From contig CP075496.1 in the NCBI GenBank assembly GCA_021613535.1, forward strand, positions 7,192,001 to 7,256,000: DNA of 64,000 nucleotides, read 5' to 3'. The notes below the pieces were generated by a model that was not told where the DNA came from, searched no databases, and was given only the letters and a program-made list of their open reading frames with translations. Positions 1-13,200 of the stretch are shown here, piece after piece. Made by a program: the position numbers and the translations under genes. How positions within the stretch are numbered: position 1 is the first letter of the stretch; each line of letters opens with the position of its first letter. This stretch comes from Adineta vaga. Lineage: Eukaryota > Animalia > Rotifera.

Positions 1-3000
1 TGAACGTGGAAAAATTGGAAGTTATATTCGTCTTTTCGAAGCCATTGTCATTCTTAGTTTAAAAAAATATGTCAATTCAAATGAAACCGAATTTCAAGCA
101 TCCGTCCTAGATTTACTTGTTCAATTATTACTTCTTCGTGTTAATTATAGTTTATTAGATGCTGATGAAGTTTGTTTCTTTTATTTTTCAACCTTCATTT
201 TCTTTTCATTTATCTATTTTAGCATTTTCTCACTCATATAACCAATCAACTTGAAATGATCGAAGAAACAATAGCAGGTTATGATGTTTCATCACATTTT
301 ATCTATCGTATTGCTGAATTTCTCATGATGTTATCACATGATACACTTCATTCAAAACAAGTGATTAAAGTACAAGATTTAATCAAACATTGTGATTTAT
401 TATTAGCAAGTGGACACGAACCAGAAACACATGGTAAAAAAAAGAAGAGGAAAATAAATTGATTTTTAAATCCAAAACAAATTGTTATTTAGCTTTAGCA
501 GCATTAGAACCAGTTGTCTACGATCTTTTTCTCGTTCGATTAAAAACTGATAATAAAGAATTAGAAGCACAACGAATGGTAATCGTTCAAACATTGTTAA
601 AACTTGTTCGATATAATAAAGTAAAATTTTCTCACCCAAAATAATTCATGAAATCTCTTGTAAATATCTTCTAGGCTTTACAATTGTTAACTGTTATACT
701 CGATAGTGTTCGAAGTGAAGTCGATAAATGGAAACGACTTTCTCGACAAATTGTAGATGTCTTACTTGTTCATTTACAATCAAATATTTTCATCAATTCA
801 TCGAAGGTTAGTTTTAATTTGTTCGAATTATGATTTTATTGAATGTTAATTCTTAGACTCAATCTTTATTGGATATTTATTCAACACAATTAGCATTATT
901 CGATGTTGTATCATCAGTTGCATTACGTCCAATTGATCCATTTGTTGCTGCTTTTCAAACATTGGCAAATCGAACTGTTTGTTAATGTTTTCATTTGAAA
1001 AAAATTTGTTGAATGTTTTCTTTTCTCCAAAGGATTTGGATCGACATTCAATTAGTCGATGGTTAATGAATATTAATGTTGTCCTTCGATGTCTTATACA
1101 AAATTCTACAGAAGATGCAATATTAGTACGATGGAAAGATGCTTTAACATCGAATAGTGTCATACGAGACGAGAGTTTCAGCTCGTATGTATTAAAGAAG
1201 AATCTATACTAAGATAAAACAAACGAATAATTTTGTGTATTTTAGAGCATTACTTCGAATTTTACATGATGTTACTTTACGTCTGCTGACGACTACACGA
1301 CAATCACGTGGACAGATTGATATGATATTGGTCATTTTTGCTTCGGATTATCTTTATTTATTAATGTACATCGTTGAGAATGGTAAAGAATTTCAATGAT
1401 TGATTATATGTTAAACAGAAATGTCTAAATAGTTCTATAAACATCATTATAGCTAGAATCTGCATTTAGTAGTTCGCATGTTCATTTGTTGATTGCATTT
1501 CGTAGATTTTTTTTAGCAATTTATCCTTTCGTTTTAGCTAAACAATTCCGTACAATAGTAAACGATTTTCGTCAATTATTAATTCATGATGAAAGTGATG
1601 AAACAGTTCATCGTCTTGATTTATTTTCTTATTTAACAATTTTAAGTGAATATTTCAAACTTCTCTCATCATTTTATATTCCTTTATTACTTCAATGGAC
1701 TCATATACTCAATATTCTTGATTATACCCAAGAAGCTTGGTGGTCATCAATGTTATCGATTCCTACTCCTTCATCGTTAATTACACATTTATCAATGACT
1801 GGTCAATTACAATCTTATTGTGATTTAATTTGTCGTCATGAATTATATGTTGAACATTTGACATCAATTATAACACATCGTCATCTTTTATTTCTACTCT
1901 TCGAACAAAGTGATACATGTACATATGTTCATAATCTTTTTGGTTTAATACATCGTACATCGGTTGCCAGTCATCTCTTTGTAGAATCGATTTATACAAA
2001 TTGGGATCATCTATTAAAACGAAATCAAATCTTATTATCATTAAAAATTCTTCGAACAGTAGAAGGCATTCATTTAGATGAAAGTGGTCTTTTATTAGTT
2101 CTATTAATTGAACAATTTCTAACTTTACCATACATATCTATCTTACGTTTAGCTGAATTGATTGTTTGTCGACGAATTGAAATGATGTTAACACTTGATG
2201 AACAAATTTTGAATAAACAATTAATGCCAAAAAATCTACCAATCATTTTACAAGCATTAACATCATCACAGAATAGTAATAAACATGATATGAAATCGAA
2301 TGAACATCTTTGGGCACTTATTCAACGTTTAGTTAGTAAAGTTAATTACACATCAACAATTTCGATGGATATCGTTAAACCTGAATTTAAAAATTTGAAT
2401 AGTAATGATGATGATTTTGTTCTCAATTGGATTAGAAAAGTCTATTGTCCATTGGATATTACACCGAAAATCTATGCACAAATGTTAAAAGATGTTGTTT
2501 ATAAGAAATTATTACCATTTATGATGTCACCGGTAAGTTTGAAATGAGAAATAAGAGTGTATAATGAACGTTAATTTCTTTTTCTAGGATTTTGTTTGGT
2601 TATCTATGCCACATTGTCTTGTACTTGGCATTCAGATTCCATCATTATGGCGTGCTTCAACAAGTGCATTAATAAAAAAGATCAATGATCTTTGTTTTTC
2701 TTTGCCTGCTCAACGTTTAATTTCCAATGGAAACAATTTAAATGATGAAGAATCTACACCTGATTCTATTTATATTAAAAGTCTCTTATCATGTTCTGAA
2801 GATCAACCATATTTAATTGCTCTAGTCGATGCTATTTACATCTATTTTGAAACAATTGAAAATCATCCCGAATTAACGAGTCAATTTTCATCTGGTGATA
2901 CACGTGATTTATTACGTTTTCTTATCTTCATTTCAGAAATAATTTATATAAAAATTTCTCAAAAGAAATTTTTAGTTAAATGGAATTTAATTGAAAGTTT

Positions 3001-5663
3001 TTTTCGTTGTCTAACAAAAACAATACATCATTCGAATTCCATTCTTTATCAATTACTTTGTGCTACGGATCAAATTATTTCTTGTTGTACTTTAGCAAAA
3101 ACGATTCTTTCTATATTTGAATATCTCCACCAACGACATGGTTTAGTTTTAACAATCAAACGAACAAATCAAGTATGTCAATCTTATGCAAATTTAATTG
3201 AACCTGATAATCGACCTTATGCACATATTTTACTATTATCATTCAATGATCTTGATTGTTTATATAAATTAACCAGACAAATTCATTTAATTCCACATTT
3301 TTATCGATGTTATCTTCGTACAATTTCTATTTTATTATTTCGTTTACCAATATTTAATTCATTTATACGTATTCCAGCACATTTTTGGAAAGAACATTAT
3401 CAAGATACGCATAAATTACAATTTGGAATGAATGACTATTGTTTATCATCATTTCCAGTTGATCTATTACAACATTCCGATATAATGGCTGATTATATCG
3501 AACGAATATCATTTATAGGATGGTTATCAAGAACACAGTTTCAAGAAATTTGGGTCACATTCTTAGCTGCTATCAATCCACCGAATCAAAATAATGATGA
3601 AAATGAACATCTAACAAATAATCTATCGAAAGAAGAAATTCTAGAAACTAATGCAACACAATGGTATTGTAGAAAATCTTATTCGATACATCTATCATTG
3701 TTAAACATTTTCTTTTATTTAGTGTTTGGGTTCGTGGTGTGACAACATTCCTATTAAATGCACTTCGACTTAATTCTACTGGTAATCCAGCGGATAGAAA
3801 TTTCGAACATCGTTGTCGAAATAAACCTATTCAATTTCTATTAACTAATATCGGTGGTCAATATATTCAAACACGTTCGACATTAGAAACAACATCTAAT
3901 AATTTATTTACAAATATTGAACGCTTAGGTACACATGATTTATTATCTTACGGACAACTTTCATATGATACAATATTAGCATCCATACAAAGTAATAATG
4001 CTGCACCATTACCAGTCAATGTAAGTTTGAATTTCAATTGAATATTATTATATATTATAGATTTCATTGATATTTTCATTTTTAGAGTTTATTCGATCGT
4101 CTATTTTCTCGTCATGGTCTTGATTTAACTTCGTGTTTACAAATTTTAATTGAAATCTATGTACGTTGGTTAACAACGAATTCTTCGAATCTATGTTTAC
4201 AATTAAAATATGAATTAATTCGTTCATTTATTTATCTATCGGATTTATTCAGTTCAACTCAACAGTTAACGAATTTATATGATATCTGTGATGAATATTA
4301 TCGTACATGGATTGATGATGATGATCTAATGATTTCATTAATCAGTTATGGTCTTTGTAAATCTGGCATTTTACTTGGACAAACTAATAAAGATTCAAAT
4401 GAATTTTACATACGTTTAATTGAACGTAATTTGAAATTTCTAACAAAAACAACGGCATATGCATCATGTTTATTTTTACTTGAAAGTCATGAAGATGATT
4501 TAAATAAATCTTTAGTACCACTTGTTAATCAAGAATTAATCAATGATATACAAAATAATTCATTTAAAACCAATTTAGATATACGATTGAATAGTTTAAT
4601 TCTTGCAAATCTATTTTATTTAATCGAAAATGGACAAGCAAACTCCTATGAAATCATATCGTTACTATTCAAAGATGATATTTTAGATATGAATGATAAT
4701 TTAACACAAGAAATCATTTCGGTTGGTCTGGAACGTTTATTACTTCTTGGACAATATCCAAAGAATGATATTTGGCGATTATATAAACGTTCAATGGTTA
4801 CATTAAGACAATCGACTTGGTTCAATCTTGATCATCTTGTTTTAATTCTTGCACGTATTTATACATTAATACCAACAATAAATGAAAACTCGAATGTATT
4901 AAATAATGAAAGTATTCATGAAGATCAAGAAATGATCGATAGTTCATCCATTTCATCATCATCATCGGATAATATTGTTATCGAACTTGTTGGAGAATTA
5001 TATGAACGTATTAAACAATCAAGTACATTACCATATGAAGCAATATTACTTTTACGTCCATTACCATCATTACTTGCACATATTGGTCTATCAGATCGTC
5101 TAATGAATAAAGTTGTAGTAGAATTTGCAGCATCAACACAACAATTATATCCTCAGATACTTGCCTATACAGTTTTTGCTGTTTTTCGAGCTTTAATTAA
5201 TGCACATTATACAGCAAAAGTTAATGAATGGACTTTATTGTCGATGACAAGTGTAGCACAAAGAAAACCAATACGAATGGCTATTTGGGGATTAACTTGT
5301 CTAATGTTAAGTGCATGTCCATCACATACGATTGCAGAATCATTGTAAGTCTATAAAAATTAGAATGTATTATCTTCAAATTACTACTGATCTATAGATT
5401 TCCATTGACTCTGTCACGTTTCAATGCACGATTTGAAGAATTAGACAATCGTCTTTTTCTTCTTGCCAGTCGAGAATATTATCTTCAGGTAAATAATGAA
5501 AAACAAAAACTCAAGATTATTTGTTAATAATTAATTTTAGTTAACTAATGTTGAACAACGACGTCAATTTGAACAAGCATTTACAAATGAATCAAATACA
5601 GAAAAATTATATGCTGATTTACTTGCACATCTTCGAGATACGATCTCATCATCATTGTCTTAA
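1..5663 (+). CDS. HTT: Huntingtin, 3' portion; multi-exon, 5' end outside the window
   Basis: Spliced ORFs give Leu-rich HEAT-like helical sequence with huntingtin-like motifs: VLDLLVQLLLLRVNYSLLD, DKWKRLSRQIVD, IGWLSRTQFQEIWVTFLAAINP, and VNEWTLLSMTSVAQRKPIRMAIWGLTCLML. The last exon (5541-5663) ends in TAA. Confidence 0.9.
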
Positions 5664-5929
5664 TCTTTCCTTATTCATTCCGTCCTTAATTAACTCCGGT
5701 GATTTCTACATTTACAAAATAATCAATATTTATTAGACGGCAAATCTTTTCTTTCTCTTTCTTTTCGTTTGTCTATACAACTGTTCCTGCTAAATATCTT
5801 TTGTGTGTCTATGTGTATCTTTCTTTATCAACGTTTATACATACATATATATTTTCGATTGATAGATCAACAGTGATTGCACATCATCTTGTATGCTTAT
5901 AAAAACACATTTATCTCCTTTTCCTTTAC

Positions 5930-5972
5930 TGTTGTTGTTGTTGTTGTTGTTGTTATTATTATTATTATTATT
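5930..5972. repeat. Compound (GTT)n(ATT)n microsatellite downstream of the huntingtin stop
   Basis: Read directly: gttgttgttgttgttgttgttgttattattattattattatt. Confidence 0.85.
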
Positions 5973-6335
5973 GATGTTTATTATCTGTTATGTAAAGCAA
6001 GACAGTCATTCCGTCGATTAAAAAAAAACTTCTTGATTCGAAATTTATTATTATGTATATTTGAAGATATTATAGAACACAAAAACAAAAATGAACTTTT
6101 GATCTATTGTTAAAGTTATATAGTTTTCTTGGACTAACTTTAGTCAAGAATTCTTGTCGGAGTTTGCAATATTTTTCATCGGCTTTTCGACTATGTTATG
6201 AATATCGTTTATTGATATCGTACAAAGGAATAGAGACATTGCTGGCCTAGATATCTTTTCAAAACTGACAGAGAAGAATGTACAAACTGTGCCGATTGAC
6301 ATTTCGAATCATTAATACAAATCATTTATTCTTGA

Positions 6336-7247
6336 TCAAACTAAATAACTGTTCTTAAAAAGGAAAGAAAAAACGCAACAGAGACTTAAAACTATGTATA
6401 AATATCCTTTGTTCTTCGTAGCAGCATTTTCCATCATGCTAGAATTGATTGCACGTTTAATAGCAAGTTCATTCTCAGGACTATTACATTCATTGATATT
6501 ACATGCAAAATATAAATAATCATGATTATATTTCAATGGATCAGGTGAATATCGATATTGTCCAAAAAAGATTTTAGGCCGATCAAAAATTAAACATTCT
6601 CGAATGCTTACTAATTGTAAAGTTTCTTCATCCAATGTTTGTGTAAAGTCGCATACTCCACTTTGACAATCTATTGGTTCATCTAATGAATAACAATGAG
6701 TTACATTCGATTGAGGTTGATCATTATAAATTAATGGCAACAAGGAATTATATAGTGTTTGATAGTTTCGATTGATTATTGTTGGAAGTTTTGTTTGAAT
6801 ATAATTCCATTCACACATATCACCATAGGAACATTGGTATGCTAAAGTATATGCGATTAAATTCTCTTCAAAATAAAAATCGACTAAATCTACTGCAAAA
6901 TTATCAATACGTTCATTTTCAATAATTAAACTGATAGTATTTTGTGGAAACGAAAATTTCGTAAAGTTTAAACTAAGTTCTATTTTAGTATGTATTTCGC
7001 ACGCATTTACTGTTGATTGCTGAGTACAATTTTCTGGCACAATTAATGGCGAACCAAAAGGTATAATAAATTCACAGTCGAATATACATATGTGTTCTTG
7101 CTCCTGTCGATGACTTGAATTCGATGATGATAATTTCTTTAATGATTTTCTTATCGGCCGTTCTGTATAACCGAAATTCTGTAGCCACAATAGAACAAAT
7201 ACCATGAAAATATAATTTCCATACATCATGATTTCTGAAATCTTCAC
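6336..7247 (-). CDS. Intronless Cys-rich surface protein, probably secreted and GPI-anchored; Ly6/uPAR-like Cys pattern
   Basis: 303-aa ORF with an N-terminal hydrophobic stretch (YIFMVFVLLWL), two Cys clusters (the second ending FACNINECN) and a C-terminal hydrophobic tail (YLYIVLSLCCVFSFLF). Confidence 0.6.
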   Translation of the reverse strand: MKISEIMMYGNYIFMVFVLLWLQNFGYTERPIRKSLKKLSSSNSSHRQEQEHICIFDCEFIIPFGSPLIVPENCTQQSTVNACEIHTKIELSLNFTKFSFPQNTISLIIENERIDNFAVDLVDFYFEENLIAYTLAYQCSYGDMCEWNYIQTKLPTIINRNYQTLYNSLLPLIYNDQPQSNVTHCYSLDEPIDCQSGVCDFTQTLDEETLQLVSIRECLIFDRPKIFFGQYRYSPDPLKYNHDYLYFACNINECNSPENELAIKRAINSSMMENAATKNKGYLYIVLSLCCVFSFLFKNSYLV

Positions 7248-7716
7248 ACGAATGAAATTACTGTAAATGTTCTTTCAAACAACTAAAACATTACAAGTGA
7301 GATATTAACCAGCATAGCAAGATTAGAAGATACGATTCTATTGCTACTGTAAAGTATCAATAAAATAATGTAATAAAACGGCTTTTACTGAGTTTACTCG
7401 TCGCATAGAAATCAAAAAATAGGATTATATAAATGAATTACTCTATTACCTATTTTTTTCAAATCAGTGAAGTATTTGCATATAATATATCTCAAAAACA
7501 AATCTAAGACACGATTATAAAATTGGTCAACAAGAAATAGTATTGTACAACATTTAATCTGAGAAATATTTTTCAGCTTTTCTTCCTAATTATCAACATA
7601 ATGGTTGAAGAGAAAGATATATGTGAGAACTATGGTAAAACTACATGTTTTATTTGTCATTTAAACAAAAGAAATGAATAATCTGATAGAATATGTATAA
7701 ACAGAAAGGTCGATTG

Positions 7717-8155
7717 TTACATTTTTTTCTTTTGTCCAACAACTGCATTGCAATGAGGACAATAATGTGTTTTATCCTATAAAAAATATATAAAATAGAG
7801 AGATGAAAATTCATTATTTAAATATTTTTACTTTGAGTTCATTGACACAAAATGGAATCAAACAACATCCAAAGATACATCCGATTAAACAAAGAATACC
7901 AGCAGCACCCCAAACAGTTACACCATCCTTGCTTTCTACTACTGTTGTAATCGATTGATGACATTGTGGACAAATGCAAGTTACAGGCAAATCTCCTACA
8001 GAGATTTTTGAGGATAGAGGTTTTGAATCTATAACAGGAGCATTAGGATATAATCCTGTTTGATTCATATTTGTATCTATTCAATGCAAAGACATAATAT
8101 TGTTGCGTAAAATTATAATATAAAATCACTTACTGTATGGTTGTTGGAAAGTCAT
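7717..8155 (-). CDS. LITAF: LITAF/SIMPLE-domain protein, 3 exons
   Basis: Exon 1 reads MTFQQPY. Exon 2 has CICPQCHQSITTVVESKDG, a hydrophobic segment and GCCLIPFCVNELK. Exon 3 reads DKTHYCPHCNAVVGQKKKM*. This is the canonical CxxC...HxCxxC LITAF domain. Confidence 0.9.
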
Positions 8156-8239
8156 TTTTGAATTATATGAAGCTTGTGAAATAATTAATGTAGAAGATAG
8201 ACTGATGAATGTTTGTTGGTTCAGTTTGACAAAATATAA

Positions 8240-8440
8240 ATATATATATACTTCGCGCCGATGAAGAGAGCCGTAAGAGGAACGATGAACAAACCAATAG
8301 CATCGTATAAGGACGGGAAGAAAATGACGTCACTTTTAACCATACATTGGGAGAAAGCATAATGAATGACTCATGTGTATCGATGCCTGGTGAATGACCG
8401 AACAAGGTCGCATCAAACTACTTGCTTAGGAATGACGTCA
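8240..8440 (-). promoter_or_regulatory. Candidate LITAF promoter with a TATA-like run, two CRE palindromes and an AP-1 site
   Basis: TGACGTCA at 8325-8332 and 8433-8440, TGACTCA at 8367-8373, CCAAT near 8294, and a TATA run near 8240-8250, all within 300 bp of the ATG. Confidence 0.5.
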
Positions 8441-10294
8441 TGTAATCGAGGCAATTAAGAACATGTATTAAAGCAATATTTCTCTAGGAAAACTCAGTTT
8501 AGTCATTAAATAATATATGTACAACAACAAAAAAAGATTCAAGAACTAACACGATAATGACTATAAGATTATTTTCATATTGCAACTGGCTGTCAGAGTT
8601 GAGCTTATGAGAAAAAAACGTATAAAAAACTCAATGTATTGAAGTATATGTCAAATGGAGAAAACAGATTAGTTACTATCAAATTCTCTTTCATAATGCG
8701 TAAAGGTCTTGAGAAAAGTATTAATATGTCTAATCACGAACGAACGGATTGTCAATGAGATGATAGACTAAATTGCTTTTATGTAAACACAAAAACAATG
8801 TTCAAAAGCAAATGGATATGATAAAAAAAGAACCACCATGATCACATCTTTGAAAAGACTTGTATTAGACAACATAATAAGTGATAATACCTTGCAAAAC
8901 ACGTACGTATATTCTGATAAATGAATAGAGAAAGAAAATGTTCTTTCATTAACATATTACTATCAAATGTTAAAGTATCAATATATTCTATTTTTCCACA
9001 GTAGCGTTTTCTTTTTCATACAATTAACTAGAAGCACAAAATATACATGCTGTTAACAACTATCTGTATTTTATTCTGCTTGATATAATAAACGACAAAA
9101 ATTTGACTTTCATAAATAACACGTGATCTTTGACAACAACTGTCTATGAATGTTCTATCTCATTCGATTGTGATCAATACAAATCTTTCACGTATCAACT
9201 TTCAATCAACTTTATCGTTGAAATGTGCATGATGACAAGTCTCTTACTTTCTAATCTGTAATGATAAATATTTCTACGCACACTCTCTATCATTATGTCT
9301 AGTGACAAAAAGAAACATTTATTGACGAACAAGTGTTTTGTACTGTTCAAAAACACATCGTTCTCTCTATTTGTAACAAGGATACGATCAATTGGATAAA
9401 GATCAGTGTATAATGGCTGGACAATTTTAGTTGTTTCAAAAGACTGATGCATTTAATGATAAGTCACAAACACATTAGATGTTTTTTTTGTAACACGCAT
9501 ACATCGATTGACTTGATGTGCTAAAAAAAATTGAACAAAACAAACGAATGATATGATCGAAGAGTGTAAAAATTGAACATATTACAATACACAATGAATT
9601 CAAGATTGTCATAGATGCATTCGAATATGTAGATATTTACTTGTTTTTAAAAGTTCAATGTTTGTTCAACGTTTCTATATTCGTAAGTGTTAATTTTGTT
9701 TTCCCTAATCAATATTCTCTAACTATCACGATTCGATTTTTTTTTGTTCGTACATATACACCTGTCGACAATTAAAAGGTTAACCAGATGTGCAGAATAT
9801 CAGTGTTCATTTTTTCATATAATCTTCAAACAAATATCAATGTCCAAAGTTCTTCATTTTTTTCTTTTTCTTCTTCTACAATAAAATTGAAGGTGTAAAT
9901 CCTCTTAGTTACATCTATTCCTTATTCTCTATACTCATCAATATAATATCTGTAGAAATTAAATTGATTATAAAAGAAGTAGCCAAACGAAGACGACGAG
10001 TGTCTATTTCTTTTTGATTACCGATGAAATTATCTAACTCATAAGTATTAACAGCGCCAAGACGATCGAAAAAAGTATTTATTTACAAAAGAGAGAACAT
10101 AACGACTGACTCGCACGCATACACAAGAAATAAAGAAGACGAAGATTATCATATGAACGAATAAAATGATTTCTTCCTCTTCATCTTCTTTTGCCTTATT
10201 CAATATAATTATCATCGAAATTTATTGATTTTTATACATATTAAGAAGAAAAAGAAATACGATTGATAGTTTTTTCTTTTCTACGAATGTTAAT

Positions 10295-13200
10295 ATGTAT
10301 ATGTACAGATATGAAAAACGTGTTAAATATTATGGACATATAGAAAATAATGATGAATTAAGTAAGTAATTATTTTAATTTTATTCGAAACAAAAAAAGC
10401 AAATGATGAAATTGATTTCCAAAATTAATATTTTTATTCGTATTTTTTTCTTAATGATAGGTAATCAGAATTCCATCGATGGTGAACATCAAATCGATCC
10501 AGTACGTGCCTACGGTGATGGTCTTAAACAAGCACGAATTGGAGTTGAAACAGCATTCATTGTTGATGCACGTGGTTCACTAAATTCGACTGATGATGTT
10601 AAAGTTGTTGTTACTAGTAAGATTCTAAATGTATGTGTAGTATTTCTTATTTTTGTTTTTGATCTAGCTCCATCTAAACATACTTGTCATATGCAAGTAA
10701 TTAATAATCATAATGGAACATGGACAATTCATTATATACCAATTGAAGTTGGTGAAACATATATTGATATTTTTATTGGAAATGAACTTGTTCAAGGTAG
10801 TCCATTTAAAGTGAACATATTTGATAATAATCAAATTCATGTATCAAATATCGATGGTGGTGTTGTTGGACATTTAGTAAGATTTAATATTGATGCAAGT
10901 AGAGCAGGTGTTGGTCAATTAGAAATTGTTGTACAAGATGGTTTACTGCCATGTGATGCTATACCATATGAATCATGTCAATTCGAAGCAGCATTCTTAC
11001 CAAATAAATCGGGAGATCATACAATTGATATTAAATTCAATGGATTACCTGTACCAGGTAATATCCGATCGAAAAAGAGAGAAGTAAAACAAAACTATCC
11101 AAGAATTCTCATCTATTTTCAGGTAGTCCATTTTCATGTTTTATAAATGATTTATCTCGTGTTACTGTATCCGATGGTTTGACAAGTGCTCATGTTGGAA
11201 TTCCATTATCATTTGATATTCATCATTGGGATGTTTATGATCATCTGAATCAAAATGTTCCATTAGATATAGCGATTACTGGTGAATTGATTCTTTTTTT
11301 AAATTAGATTATTCTTTTATTTAATTCTTGTTCTTTTGTTCTGTTTGATAAGCTCCATCGGGTCGTTTTGTTCCTTTTACACGGTCACAATTGAACGAAA
11401 GTATTACACGTATCGATTATATTCTAAATGAGATCGGTAAGTAAGCAAATACCAAATAAGAGAGGAAGAGAGAGAGAGAGAGATCATCATGGTGATCATG
11501 TCATCGGATCGAAAGCATTCGATATATGTTTAAATAATGCTACTAGTTGAAAAACTCGAACTTGATGACAATGATGATACGAATAATAATGATCAACATT
11601 TTACTCGACGATTGAGTTTTACAGAAAAAACTAAACAACGTTTAGAATTATATCGACGTCGTTCATTACAACAAATTAATGACGATGGTAGGTCATCGAT
11701 TTCGACTTGCCGCTTCTTTTTTGCATAATATTGAAGGTTTGAAGACCTACAAATTCGATGACAAATAAATGATTTGTTCAAATTCAAATCAGATACAGGA
11801 CACTCTTAATTAAAAACGAAAGTCAATTTTCATTGTATTAATTGATGTAACAATTGTTTCACTAGTTTTGTATACGAAATCAAGGACATCCAAACGACCC
11901 TCTCTCTCTCTTTTTCCACTCAACTTTCACATATACACACATCGAATGGCATATCTCTTTCGTCCTTTTTTCCGTCGTAGTTGTTGTTCGATATACATTC
12001 AGACAGACCTTCAAATATAATAGATATATGTATATATATATAGAGAGAGATCGAAAAAGAAAAGGATGACGAAAAGAAAACACCAGTATGGTTTCCACCT
12101 CTTCGTTATTCTCTCTCTCACACACACTGACTTCTCTCTTTTCGATGTCATTAAATTGTAGACATTATTGATATCAAAGAAGAGCACCGTACGACTGTTT
12201 TTCCTTGAATACAATTTTACATTATATATATGTATATATATATATATATTCCTACTTTAATTAAATTAGTTCTCATTCAAACATTTTGTAATACAATATG
12301 TTATGAATTCGCAGACAATGAGATAGTTACTTTCATTTATTTATTTTTTTCTCTGTCTATAGGTACACATCGCGTTGACATCCGTTCGAATAAGAATTGT
12401 AGTGAAAGAATGGATATCAACGGTTCACCATTTGCTCTTAAAGCATACGATTCCAATCGTTTAATTGTCTCAGATATTCCACGACTTGTTACTTATAATC
12501 ATCCAGTTGAATTTACAATTGATGCATCCAAAGCAGGAGAAGGTCAACTTGAAGTTGCTATTAATGATGGACTTGTACCAAATCAAGTAAAAGCACTGGG
12601 CAATTCAAAATTTCTTTTTACATTTATACCTAAAACTACTGATCCACATTTTGTTTCTATTAAATTTAATGGACATCAATTACCTGGTAAGATATATATA
12701 CATATATGTGTGTGTGTGTACTTCATTCATTTCTTATATTAAGATTTCCCCAAAGAATGTCAAATATTTTCAACAGACGATATCACTACTCGTGGTCCTG
12801 GTCTAAGTCAAGCATTACTCGGTGCACAAACATGGTTCACTGTTGAAACACCACATGGAGAATCCAATGGTGTTAAAGTTACTGTACTCACACCGAATAA
12901 TGAAGAATTAAATCCAACAACACGTCTTACACCTGATGGTCTACGAGTTGATTGGCTACCATCAGAAGTCGGTACTTATACTGTTCACGTTACATTTGCT
13001 GGAAATGCGATACCTGGTAGTCCATTTCGTGTGAAATGTTACGATCCAAAAAATGTTATTATTACTCCACCAACAAGTGATAGTGCAGTTCGAAAACCAA
13101 CACGATTTTTAGGTAACATTATCTGATAATGACATCAGATGTATCTTTCATTTTTGTATCTTTCAAATAGTTGATGCATCTCGAGCTGGTGAAGGTAATC

